Below, in pieces: positions 1 to 10,196 of a stretch of DNA of 35,989 nt. The stretch's first letter is position 1. The number at the start of each line of letters is the position of its first letter. The position numbers and the translations under genes were made by a program. Below the pieces are notes generated by a model. That model had not been told where the DNA came from. It searched no databases and saw only the letters and a list, made by a program, of their open reading frames with translations. The stretch lies in the NCBI RefSeq assembly GCF_001194135.2, contig NC_068984.1:140629269-140665257 (forward strand), given 5' to 3'. Source of the stretch: Octopus bimaculoides. Taxonomy: Eukaryota.

Positions 1-375
1 CGTGAGTACTGCAATCAAAAAACCACTACTTTCAAAAACAAACGTAGCAAAGCATTTAGAGTGGAGTAAAAACCTACAGAATTGGTCCCTAGAGCAGTGG
101 AAGAATGTTATTTTCTTGGACGAATCATCCTTTACTTTATTTCCGACCACTGGCCGAGTATACGTGTGGAGACAGCCAAAAGAAGCATTTGATCCAGACT
201 GCCTTCTTCCAACTGTTAAACATGGAGGAGGATCTGGGGGGCTATATCTTGGAAATCTGCTGGTTGTTACTGAATGGCACGAGGAGCATTCTAGTGAATT
301 TGAACATCTTAACTGCCCACCACAGTTCCCCAGATCTTGAACATTTACGGTGAATTTTAGAAAAACAAGTAAGGC
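1..375 (+). mobile_element. Tc1/mariner transposase relic (internally deleted, frameshifted)
   Basis: KKPLLS...W...W..VIFLDES...GRVYVWR..KE.FDPDCLLPTVKHGGGS matches the Tc1 DDE region; it is followed by an HLNCPPQFPDL/EHL remnant of the WPxxSPDLNPIE motif. Confidence 0.85.
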
Positions 376-383
376 ACATAAAT

Positions 384-550
384 AGCACCCACTACACTCT
401 TGGAGTAGTTGGCGTTAGGAAGGGCATCCAGCTGTAGAAACTTTGCCAGATCAGATTGGAGTCTGGTGTAGCGTTCTGGCTCGCCAGCCCTCAGTCGAAC
501 CCTCCAACCCATGCCAGCATGGAAAGTGGACGTTAAACGACGACGATGAT
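384..550 (+). mobile_element. RTE-type 3' tail copy
   Basis: GTTGGCGTTAGGAAGGGCATCCAGCTGTAGAAAC...CCATGCCAGCATGGAAAGTGGACGTTAAACGACGACGATGAT. Confidence 0.8.
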
Positions 551-816
551 TACATTAAAAACCCTTTGAAGGATTTCTTTCCCTCAGTTTGTTACTATAT
601 ATATATATATAAATTCATGTCACTGTTGTGTCGACGCTCCCAGACGATGAAGTAGGCTAGCCCAATACATAGATATAGAGGGAGAAGTCTAGGCGTGCGA
701 TATAACAGTTACAATATATGGATTCAAGTAATAATCCTGGTGTGGCACTCGTAAAAAAAGGTCCTTAATGTATCGTTCTGCAAAACATGTCGAATATATA
801 GTAATATACACCAGGC

Positions 817-928
817 GCCAAATCAGATTGGACCCTGGTGTAGCCATCTGGTTCACCAGTCCTCAGTCAAATCGTCCAACCCATGCTAACATGGAAAGCG
901 GACGTTAAACGATGATGATGATGATGAT
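817..928 (+). mobile_element. RTE-type 3' tail copy (truncated)
   Basis: Same tail ending (GAT)n; 840-910 differs by 1 nt from 32630-32700. Confidence 0.8.
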
Positions 929-990
929 ACAAGAGAAAGTGATAAGGAGTGTATATAGTTATAAATGACAGACAAATATTTCGATGAATC

Positions 991-996
991 TTTATT
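991..996 (-). terminator. candidate MITD1 polyadenylation signal (AATAAA on minus strand)
   Basis: TTTATT on plus strand about 620 nt past the stop codon; position alone, no transcript evidence. Confidence 0.25.
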
Positions 997-1614
997 TAAC
1001 AATAAAAAACCCAAATACTATGACAAGTATGTTTCATAATTCCAAAAACATGTAAATAAGTTATATTATCATATTTGATAAGAAATAAACTACTTACATG
1101 TCAGCACTCATACAAAATGTGAAAACATTCTTTCAAAATAATGCAGAATTTAAGCTATGTCATCAGGTGAAATGTGTGTGTATGTGTACGCTTCTTCTGA
1201 CATCATGTGACGATTGTAAATATGCCTCCATTGTTAGTGCTGATCATCTTTAGAAAAACATGTATGGCTATAGAAAAATATTACTTTGCTTGACAACAAG
1301 TGAAGGTTGGTGACAGAAAGGGCATCTGGCTGAAGAAATTCCATCTGACCCATGCAAGCATGGAAAAGTGGATGTTAAGAGTTGACGATGATGAGATTAG
1401 TTAATCAATTCAAAAGATTGAAAAATATAGATTTTTCTTTTGTTCAAAATTATTTGGTCTTTGGAAAAAGTCTGTCTTCTCCTTAAAAGGAATGCATCAA
1501 CTCCAACCCTAACCAGTAGCAGTTTCCATAGTAACGGGCCAAAGATTAATTGATAGACCCGATAAGAATGCTAGCTGGTTTTTTAAGAAGAAATAGCTGT
1601 TTGGTTTATAAATT

Positions 1615-1774
1615 TCAACCGTCAGCTCCCTTCACATGCTTGGCATGGAAAATATTAATAGTTGTCTCATGACAAGGGCGGAGATCATAGTCATAGAAAC
1701 CAAGGCTGAATTTAGGAACATTTTTGAAGTAGTCGAGGCCACGCCCAATCTTAACAATCCAGCCATTATTGAAC
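1615..1774 (-). CDS. MITD1: MITD1 coding exon 6 (last, includes TGA)
   Basis: Acceptor TTTCATTCCACACAG; [52 protein letters not shown]; exon lengths sum to 726 nt = 241 aa + stop. Confidence 0.94.
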
Positions 1775-2220
1775 CTGTGTGGAATGAAAGAAAAAGAAAA
1801 AAAATCTTTAAGAACATTATGATTATTGGGAAAAATGCCTTGTGGTATTTCTTCTGACTCTTTACACTTTGAGTTCAAATCCTACCAACGTCAACTTTTT
1901 GTTCTTTCTAGGTCAATAAAATAAAGTACCAGACGTGTGTGTGTGTCTTTGTGCCTGTGTTTGTCCCCCTACTACTTGAGACCCAGTGTTGGTTTGTTTA
2001 CATCTCTATAAAAGCAGTTTGGCAAGAGAGACTGATTGAATAAATACCAGACTAAAACCTCTCAACGAGGTGTTCCAGCATGGCCACAATTCAATGACTG
2101 AAACCAGTAAATGATATAAGATACCCCAAAAGCCATACAATACCCACAACCTTGCAGGGACCCATCGTTCTAACAACAACCTTGGGGACCTTTTCGAATT
2201 CTGTCTAACATTCATAGATA

Positions 2221-2358
2221 TACATAATTTACATTTGAGGGATATTTGTCCTCATCTTGTTTGTTGTTAACACAACCATTTGGCTGATAGCCTTCATGAA
2301 ATATCCGTAAAATGTAAATAATGTACATAATTCCTCATCTCTTAAACATAGAACTGTA
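2221..2358. mobile_element. element F copy 4: inverted part with destroyed hammerhead core joined to a plus-strand 3' end
   Basis: The minus strand reads TTCATGAAGGCTATCAGCCAAATGGTTGTGTTAACAAC; the plus part ends ATAGAACTGTA, as in copy 3. Confidence 0.75.
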
Positions 2359-2472
2359 CTCATGGATACATTTACAAAATCAGAAAAAAATAACACAACA
2401 CCCATGACTTTTGGAAACATTTTTTCACGCTCACTTGTTAGCTGTCAGGACACTACAACCTTCAAAATTTCC

Positions 2473-3210
2473 ATCATCATCATCATTTAATGTCTGCTTT
2501 CCATGCTGGCATGGGTTGGACGGTTTGACTAAAAACTGGTCAACCGGGGAGCTGCAACAGGTTCTGATCTGATTTGGCAAGGTTTCTATGGCTGGATGCC
2601 CTTCTTGATGCCAACCACTCTACAAAGTGCACTGGGTGTCTTTAACATGCTATCGGCACAAGTGTCATTGCCCTGACAATAGCATTGGCCACGTCTACAG
2701 TCTCACTTGGCTCGACAGGTCTACACAACCACAGTATGTCACCAAAGGTCTTGGTTACTTGTCACTGCCTCCATGAGGCCCAACGCTCGCACAAGGCTTC
2801 TTACGTGCCACTGGCATGGGTGCCGGTCAGACAGCACTGGCATCGGCCATGACTGTGATTTCACTCGGCTCGACAGGTTTTCATTGGACTGTCCATGGGC
2901 ATATGGCATAGTGGTTAAGAGCATGGGCTGCTAACCCCAAGTTTCCAAGTTCAATTCTAAGCAGTGACCTGAATAATAATAATGATAATAATAACATCGA
3001 AAAATACCTTAGGAATGAGAACCCAGGTTCAAAATTTCCCCAAGACACCTGATGAAGGCTGGAGGCTATATCAGCCGAAACGTTAGGTTTTCACAAGCAC
3101 TGCATATTGCCCAACAATTGAAGGGTGCTTTTAACAGGCCAGTTACACATCACTGGCATTGGCCACGACTATGATTTCACTCCGCTTGATGGGTCTTCTC
3201 AAGCACGGAA
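2473..3210 (-). mobile_element. RTE-type 3' UTR copy with internal TGGCAC-rich repeats, interrupted by element F copy 1
   Basis: (CAT)n tail at 2473, reverse-complement tail motifs, repeated GCACTGGCATTGGCCACGACTATGATTTCACTC units. Confidence 0.75.
2884..3084 (+). mobile_element. element F copy 1: tRNA-like head + (AAT)n + hammerhead core
   Basis: A box TGGCATAGTGG 2904-2914; B box GTTCAATTC 2949-2957; CTGATGA 3049-3055; GGCTG/CAGCC stem; GAAACGTT ends at 3084; direct repeat AGGTTTTCA at 2875-2883 and 3085-3093. Confidence 0.75.
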
Positions 3211-3433
3211 TTCACCACCACTACACCTGATGTGCCCACCCTTTATTTAATGACTCCTTCACCGCCTGTACATTATTCTGTTTATTCTATGAACTGTCCG
3301 TTCACTTTTGGGGATGTTTTTCAATGAGTTGTAGTGCACTTGAGCACTGTATACAATAAGTTCCTTATATTTAAGTTCCAGATCAGACTAAAACAAGAAT
3401 TTCTTGCATGGAGCAGGATTAGCTAACTGTGTG

Positions 3434-3662
3434 TTATTTCTTTACTACCCACAAGGGGCTACACACAGAGGGGACAAACAAGGACGGACAAACGGATTAA
3501 GTCGATTATATCGACCCCAGTGCGTAGCTGGTACTTATTTAATCGACCCTGAAAGGATGAAAGGCAAAGTCAACCTTGGCGAAATTTGAACTCAGAACAT
3601 AGCGGCAGACGAAATACCGCTAAGCATTTCGCCTGGCGTGCTAACGTTTCTGCCAGCTCGCC
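3434..3662 (-). mobile_element. SINE-C
   Basis: Reverse complement of the 10519-10746 copy. Confidence 0.85.
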
Positions 3663-3762
3663 ACCCTTAGCTAACCGTGTATATGTGTGTGTGTGTAGGG
3701 TCAACTTGAGAAAGGCTCATCACAAAACAGTAGCAACAACTGATTTAAAAGGTGTCACTCAC

Positions 3763-3881
3763 CTGATTTCTCGGTCATGTAAGGTTTTACTGTAGCTGAC
3801 CACTAATTCAATGTTGTTCTGTAGGAGGTTGTTACTAATTGCAGAGAAGGCTTGTTTCTGTTGTGATTGCTTGTTTTCGTC
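3763..3881 (-). CDS. MITD1: MITD1 coding exon 5
   Basis: Acceptor TTTCTCACTTTGCAG; DENKQSQQKQAFSAISNNLLQNNIELVVSYSKTLHDREI(R) contains the HDREIR motif of the PLD-like C-terminal domain; donor AG|GTGAGT, phase 2. Confidence 0.92.
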
Positions 3882-4365
3882 CTGCAAAGTGAGAAATAAT
3901 TTGGTTGATGACAGTAAACTGATTAAGATGAGAGGGAGAGAGGTAGAGAGAGAGAGAGAATAAAAGTATGAGTGTAAAAAGGGGAGTAAGATAGGTGAAG
4001 TGTGTGCAAGTTGGAGAAAAGAAGGTAGCAATAATGAAAGTGTTGCCAAAAAAACAAAAAAAAAAAAGGGAAAAAGTAAAAGAAATAGCCTTGCTTGATA
4101 TATATGAAGGTGTAGGTAGAAATTCCATACAGAGCACCCAGTGTAAGCTATGGACCTGACATGCAATGGAATCATAGGGAGACTAATACAGTAAGATGAT
4201 ATTCATCATCATNNNNNNNNNNACCTGCACAGGAGCCAGTTCGGTGGCACTGGCAATGATCTCGCTTGAATGGTTTTTTTCACGTGCCACCGGCACAAGC
4301 ACCAGTAAGGCGATGCTGGTAATGATCACACTCAAACGGCACTATTTACATGCCACTGGCACATT

Positions 4366-4517
4366 TGTGGCAAATGTGTTGAAGCAGTAAACACTGAGTG
4401 CACATGGGAAATAGATTATTACAAGTATTGAGAAGGTTCTCTAGAGGTCAAAGGTACTTTCTGTTACCCAGGTGGCCTAATTAGCAGCAGAGGAGGATGT
4501 TCTAAAAGCATAGTTGT
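4366..4517 (+). mobile_element. RTE-like LINE ORF2 fragment
   Basis: CGKCVEAVNTE...GSLEVKGTFCYPGGLISSRGGCSKSIV resembles the LEVVxxFxYLG region at the end of RTE RT domains; one in-frame stop. Confidence 0.55.
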
Positions 4518-4758
4518 TTGAATTTTTCCTGTCCTGTTTCTTATTCTGAAAGCTATTTGTTGTTGGCAGCAAAAGGTCTCTCTCTGTCTTAGACTGAAAC
4601 GTAGATTGCAGAATGCTTGTATACAAACAGCAACGCTACATGGTAGTTAGACATGGAGCCTGAACATAAAGGACATGAGAAGATTAAAGAAACAGAAGGG
4701 GAAGTTAACAAAATTACAGGTAGGCAGAGGTGAGAGAAGGCAAAAAGGTGTGGCTGAA

Positions 4759-4790
<32 letters not shown>

Positions 4791-4833
4791 TGAGAAGGAG
4801 AGATTTAGCTGCTATTTTGAGCAGCTCCTCTGG

Positions 4834-5046
4834 TTTACTCTTTTACTTGTTTCAGTCATTTGACTGTGGCCATGCTGGAGCACCGCCTTTTAGTCAAGCA
4901 AATTGACCCCAGGACTTATTCTTTGGAAGCCTGGTACTTATTCTATCTGTCTCCTTTTGCCGAACCGCTAAGTTACAGGGACGTAAACACACCACCATTG
5001 GTTGTCAAGCGATGTTGGGGGGACAAACACAGACACACAAACATAT

Positions 5047-5083
<37 letters not shown>

Positions 5084-5246
5084 CGACGGGCTTCTTTCAG
5101 TTTCCGTCTACCAAATCCACTCACAAGACTTTGGTTGGCCCGAGGCTATAGTAGAAGACACTTGCCCAAGGTGCCACGCAGTGGGACAGAACCCAGAACC
5201 ATGTGGTTGGTAAGCAAGCTACTTACCACACAGCCACTCCTACGCC
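4834..5246 (-). mobile_element. SINE-A, full-length
   Basis: tRNA-like head (TGGCTGTGTGG A box, GGTTCTGTCC B box on minus), internal (TA)n(TG)n, tail ACAAGTAAAAGAG; ends 17 nt from the MITD1 exon 4 donor. Confidence 0.85.
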
Positions 5247-5263
5247 TATTTAACAATACTTAC

Positions 5264-5350
5264 GTTTTCACAGCTTGTGTTTAGAATGATCTTCCTCACG
5301 TTTGCATCTGACTTGTGTAGAAGTGCACAAAACCGTATGAAGTTAATAAT
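5264..5350 (-). CDS. MITD1: MITD1 coding exon 4 (not in ORF track)
   Basis: Acceptor TTTATTTCTTACAG; IINFIRFCALLHKSDANVRKIILNTSCEN (cf. LYNFLRFCE); donor AAC|GTAAGT; 87 nt, phase 0/0. Confidence 0.9.
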
Positions 5351-5534
5351 CTGTAAGAAATAAAAATGAAAAAAATAACTGATATCTCATGTAAAAAAAA
5401 AACCCTTCAATGATATTTTAGGTAGGGCCTCCAGTGCTGGACAGGTTAAAAAGTAGGGGCCAAAGTAATACAAACCACCTTTCCCCAGAGATAAAAATAG
5501 GTTTGCATAAAACCAACATCCTACCCTGGGTAGT

Positions 5535-5905
5535 GGAGGTGCAATGGCCCAGTGGACTCACGGTCGTAGGATCGCAGTTTCGATTCCCAGACTGGGCGTT
5601 GTGAGTGTTTATTGAGCGAAAACACTTAAAGCTCCACGAGGCTCTGGCAGGGGATTTGTGGCGAACCCTGCTGTACTCTTCCACCACAACTTTCTCTCCT
5701 TCTTACTTCCTGTTTCTGTTGTGCCTGTAATTCAAAGGGTCAGCCTTGTCACACTGTGTCACGCTGAATATCCCCGAGAACTACGTTAAGGGTACTCGTG
5801 TCTGTGGAGTGCTCAGCCACTTGCACATTAATTTCACGAGCAGGCTGTTTTGTTGATTGGATCAACTGGAACCCTCGTTGTCGTAATTGACGGAGTGCCA
5901 ACAAC
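5535..5905 (+). mobile_element. SINE-B
   Basis: tRNA-like head TGGCCCAGTGG...TTTCGATTCCC; body shared with 20481-20790 and about 30480-30645. Confidence 0.85.
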
Positions 5906-6592
5906 ACCCTGAGTAAAAAAAAAAAACAGAGTTACAGAAGCATCCCAGACATATTGAAACAAACAAGACTTGAGAGAAGAAGGCCTTACACAGTGCAGCA
6001 AAAGCCAAATGGAAGCAGAAGTTGTAAGGCCAACTGCTTTTCAGAACATCAGGAGACAACCCAGAGTTGAGGACTTTGAAGAAAAGTTGTCAATGGCCTA
6101 TGCTCCATAAAGAGGGAAGGGCTTTTAAACAGGTCATATCCAGTCCATGTATTCTACTTGTTTTATGTTTTAAACCAGCCAGATCTGGCCTCTCACACCT
6201 ATCCTACAATGTCATTCTAAAAATAAACTAGCACAGCATTAGAATCACAAAGTAATGGAGTAATGTATGATTAATTCAAACCAATAAGAATAAACATTAC
6301 ATTCAGCCAAGGAGCATGAATGCTAAAGGGTTAAGGAAGACCACATCGCTTTGCCTGTCTGTCTCCTTATCATTTAGGAAGAAATTGGTCAGACCAGGAG
6401 AGGGATGGGCTCCAGCAAGTCTAAAAAGGGCCGAAGACATACTGTATGCCATGATTACAGTGCTCCAATGAGTCTATGAAGAAGTTGAGGGCCCAAAGGT
6501 AAGGTAAGAATGTTTTGCAGATTTTGTCCCAACTCCTCTGTACTCCGGGTTCAAATCTTACCAAGGTCAGCTTTACCATTTATCCTTTAAGG

Positions 6593-6740
6593 CAGCGCTT
6601 CTTAAACTATGGGTCGCGAAAATTAAATTCAAACACATGAGTTTCAGTTTATATGTTATTTCATATTTAATACCTGGGGGTCACGAAAAATCTCGAGATG
6701 AAAAATGGAGTCACAAATGAGAACAGTTTGAGAAGCACTG
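6593..6740. mobile_element. hAT-type MITE (148 bp) nested in a SINE-C copy
   Basis: TIRs CAGCGCTTCTTAAACT / AGTTTGAGAAGCACTG; perfect 8-bp TSD CTTTAAGG at 6585-6592 and 6741-6748. Confidence 0.9.
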
Positions 6741-6789
6741 CTTTAAGGGGTTGAAAAATAAAGGACCAGTCCAGAGTAGTGAAGTGGTA

Positions 6790-7462
6790 AAATTATAAGA
6801 GCATTGGTTGCTGTTCAACCATAAGGTCTTGAGTTCAGTTCCACTGCATGGCATCTTGGACAGGTGTCTTCTACTATAGCATCAGGCTTAACGTCTTGTA
6901 AGTGAAATTGGTAGATAGAAACTGAAAGAAGCCCACTGCATATCCTTTTCTTTTTCTTGTTTCAGTCATTTGACTGCGGCCATGCTGGAGTACCATTTTT
7001 AGTTGAACAAATCGACCCCAGGACTTATTCTTTGTGAGCGTGGTACTTATTCTATTGGTCTTATTTGCTGAACCGCTAAGTTATGGGGACATAAACACAC
7101 CAACATTGGTTGTCAAGCAATGGTGAGTGGGACAAATATATACATATATATATATATAAATATGATGGGCTTCTTACAGTTTCCGTCTACCAGATCCACT
7201 CACAAGGTATTTTTTCTCTAAGTTTCAGTCCAAAGACTGCGGCCATGCTGGGGCACCACCGTTTACTTTGGGGGGACAAATAAAGGCACAAATATACACA
7301 CATACGACGGGTTTCTTTCAGTTTCCGTCTACCAAATCCACTCACAAAACTTTAGTCAGTCCAAGGCTATAGTAGAAGACACATGCCCAAGGTGCCACAC
7401 AGTGGGACTGAATCCGGAACCATGTGGTTGGTAAGCAAGCTTCTTACCACACAGCCACTCCA
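6790..7462. mobile_element. SINE-A cluster: plus head (about 6790-6940) then two minus copies (about 6948-7205, 7215-7462)
   Basis: Similarity to the other SINE-A copies. Confidence 0.8.
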
Positions 7463-7485
7463 ACTTAATTATGTGTATTTAAGTA

Positions 7486-7523
<38 letters not shown>

Positions 7524-7785
7524 TGTGTGCATGCGTACCCTTGTCTAGATGCTAAGTGATGGTTGTAAATGAGCATCACTGTCCTACAAGCAGTGTTGTT
7601 TGTTTCCAGTCTTTCCTGAAAAACATGTCTGGCCATGGGGAAATATCACTTAGCCTTCAAACAGGTGAGGGTTGGTGACAGGAAGAGCATACAACTGTAA
7701 TCTGATCTGACAAATTCTGTCTGACTTGTGCAAGCATGGAATAAATGGATGTGAAATGGTGAGGGTTAAAAGTTTTAAAAATTAC

Positions 7786-7922
7786 CTGATGATTAGAACG
7801 GATATAAGGGTCATCAATTTCAACCTCAGTCAGGGTAATGTCCAGTAAATCCCCGAATATTGTGGAATAGTTGTGACCAATGGAGTCCTCTTCAATCTGA
7901 ATGACTTTATTGAATTTTTCAG
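7786..7922 (-). CDS. MITD1: MITD1 coding exon 3
   Basis: Acceptor TTTCCAAACAG; (A)EKFNKVIQIEEDSIGHNYSTIFGDLLDITLTEVEIDDPYIRSNHQ contains the I(D/E)DPYIR motif; donor CAG|GTAATT. Confidence 0.93.
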
Positions 7923-7964
7923 CTGTTTGGAAATATGGAGAAGAATCAGAAGAGAGAGCTTTGT

Positions 7965-8240
7965 GAGTGTGTGTGTGTGTGTGTGTGTGGAGAGAGAGAG
8001 AGTGGGGAGGGGGAGATGGAGGGAGGGAGGGAGAGAGGGAGGGATGGAGAGAGAGGGAGAGGGAGAGAGAGAGAGAGGAAGGGAGAGAGGGAGGGAGAGA
8101 GAGATGCATTAGTGTGCATGTATATAATGTGTGTGTGTATATGTGTGTTCATATGATGTGTTTGTGTGTGCGTGTATATACCATGTGTGTATGTGTTTGT
8201 GTGCATGCATGTATATGATGTATGCGTGTGTATGCATGTA
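7965..8240. repeat. (GT)n + GA/GGGA purine tract + (GT/AT)-rich low-complexity sequence
   Basis: Directly visible. Confidence 0.9.
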
Positions 8241-8256
8241 TCTGTTAACATACATA

Positions 8257-8427
8257 GGCATAGGAGTGGCTGTGTGGTAAGTAGCTAGTTTACCAACCAC
8301 ATAGTTCAGGGTTCAGTCCCACTGCGTGGCACCTTGGGCCAGTGTCTTCTACTATAGCCTCGGGCCAACCAAAGCCTTGTGAGTGGATTTGGTAGATGGA
8401 AACTGAAAGAAGCCTGTCGTATATATG

Positions 8428-8458
<31 letters not shown>

Positions 8459-8672
8459 ATGTTTGTGTGTCTGTGTTTGAGCCCCCTAGCATTGCATGAC
8501 AACCGATGCTGGTGTGTTTATGTCCCCGTCACTAAGTGGTTTGGCAAAAGGCACCGATAGAATAAGTACTAGGCTTACAAAGAATAAGTCGTGGAGTCGA
8601 TTTGCTCAACTAAAGGTGGTGCTCCAGCATGGCCGCAGTCAAATGACTGAAACAAGTAAAAGAGTAAAAGAG
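8257..8672 (+). mobile_element. SINE-A, full-length
   Basis: GGCATAGGAGTGGCTGTGTGG...GGTTCAGTCCCACTGC...(TA)n(TG)n...ACAAGTAAAAGAG. Confidence 0.9.
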
Positions 8673-8832
8673 TGTAAGTGTAGACGTGTAAGAATATAAG
8701 TACAGTCACAGCTGTGTGGGTAAGATGCTTGCTTTGCGACCATGTGGTCTCAAGTTCATTTCCACTGTGCACCACTTTGGACAAATCATCATCATTGTTG
8801 TTTAACGTCTGCTTTCCATGATGGCATATATA

Positions 8833-9207
8833 GGCACAGGAGTGGCTGTGTGGTAAGGAGCTTGCCTACCAACCACATAATCCCAGGTTCAGCTCCACTG
8901 CATGGCACCATGGGCAAGTGTCTTCTACCATAGCCGTGGGCCGACCAAAGCCTTGTGAATCAATTTAGTAGATGGAAACTGAAATTGGCCCATCATATAT
9001 ATACATATATGTTTGTATCTGTGTTTGTCCTCCCACTATCGCTTGACAACCGATGTTGGTGTGTTTATGTCCCCGTAACTTAGCAGTTCGCCAAAAAACA
9101 TTAATAGAATAAGCATCAGGCTTACAAAGAATAAGTCCTGGGGTCGATTTCTTTGACTAAAGGCTGTGCTCCAGCATGGCAGCAGTCATGTGACTGAAAC
9201 AAGAATA
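8833..9207 (+). mobile_element. SINE-A, full-length
   Basis: Same head, body and tail. Confidence 0.85.
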
Positions 9208-9242
9208 AATATATACATATATATATAATATATGTATAATGA

Positions 9243-9810
9243 AGGCGCATGGTTCACAATCATGAGGTAGTGAGTTCGATTCCCGGAGCAGGTTGTGTGT
9301 TGTGTTCTTGAGCAAGACACTTTATTCCATGTTGCTTCAGTTCACTCAACTGTAGAAATGAGTTGCGATGTCACTGGTGCCAAGCTGTCTCGGCCCCTTT
9401 GCCTTTCCCTTGGATAACACTGGTGGCATGGAGACGGGAGGCTGGTATGCATGGGCGACTGCTGGTCTTGCATAAAACAACCTAACCTGGACTTGTGCCT
9501 CAGAAGGGACTTTCTAGGTGCATCCCCATGGCCATTCATGACTGAAGGGTTTTTTTTACTTTATACACACACACACACATATATATATGAATGTATGTGT
9601 GTGTGTGTCTGTCCCCCACCATTGTTTGACAATCATTATTGGTTTGTTTACATCCCTGTAACTTAGTAGTTCAGCAAAGAAGACTGATAGTACCAGACTT
9701 AAAAATAAAAAACAGCACTGGGGTTGGTTTATTCAACTAAGCCCTTTAAGGTGGTGCTCCAGCACGGCCACAGTCAAATGACTGAAACAACTAAAGGATA
9801 AAGAGTAAAC
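9243..9810 (+). mobile_element. SINE-G (CORE/V-like domain, about 9243-9550) followed by a SINE-A 3' half (about 9570-9810)
   Basis: GAGTTCGATTCC B box then GTGTTCTTGAGCAAGACACTT...TTCACTCAACTGTAGAAATGAGT; a related minus copy lies at about 11760-11935. Confidence 0.6.
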
Positions 9811-9817
9811 AACATAC

Positions 9818-9919
9818 CATTCTTTAGTTTTATCATTGCTTGTTTAAGCTTCTCTGCTCTACCCATGTATTCATTAATCTTAGTTCGGTACCTCTCTTTC
9901 TTGACATTATCAGTGAACC
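9818..9919 (-). CDS. MITD1: MITD1 coding exon 2 (not in ORF track)
   Basis: Acceptor TTCTTCTTCTTGCAG; (G)FTDNVKKERYRTKINEYMGRAEKLKQAMIKLKN, the third MIT helix with YMxRAE; donor G|GTATGT; 102 nt, phase 1/1. Confidence 0.92.
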
Positions 9920-10196
9920 CTGCAAGAAGAAGAAGGAAAAAATAAAACGAAACAAAAACACTGCATGTCAGAACTCAGTCTTGGAAGAAATCAACATTGA
10001 AACAATAAAACAGTCAAGGGAGGGAGATTTTAAAAAATTCTTTTCAATGCTGGTGGCATGTAAAAAGCACCCACTACACCCTCGAAGTGGTTGGTGTTAG
10101 GAAGGGCATCCAGGTGTAGAAACCTTACGAGGTCAGATTGGAGCCTGGTATAACCTTCTGGCTTGCTCGTCCTCAGTTAAACTGTCCAACCCATGC

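Noticed and set aside
2-340. Functional transposase gene
   Set aside because: It has an internal deletion after HGGGS, a frameshift near the SPDL motif and a stop; it is a relic only and is cut by the window edge.
7991-8104. Purine tract as a G-quadruplex or H-DNA element
   Set aside because: It could form such structures, but similar GA-rich tracts are common in this window and nothing indicates function.
7657-8300. Stack of overlapping ORFs on both strands
   Set aside because: These are low-complexity GA/GT repeat translations; only 7786-7922 (MITD1 exon 3) is real.
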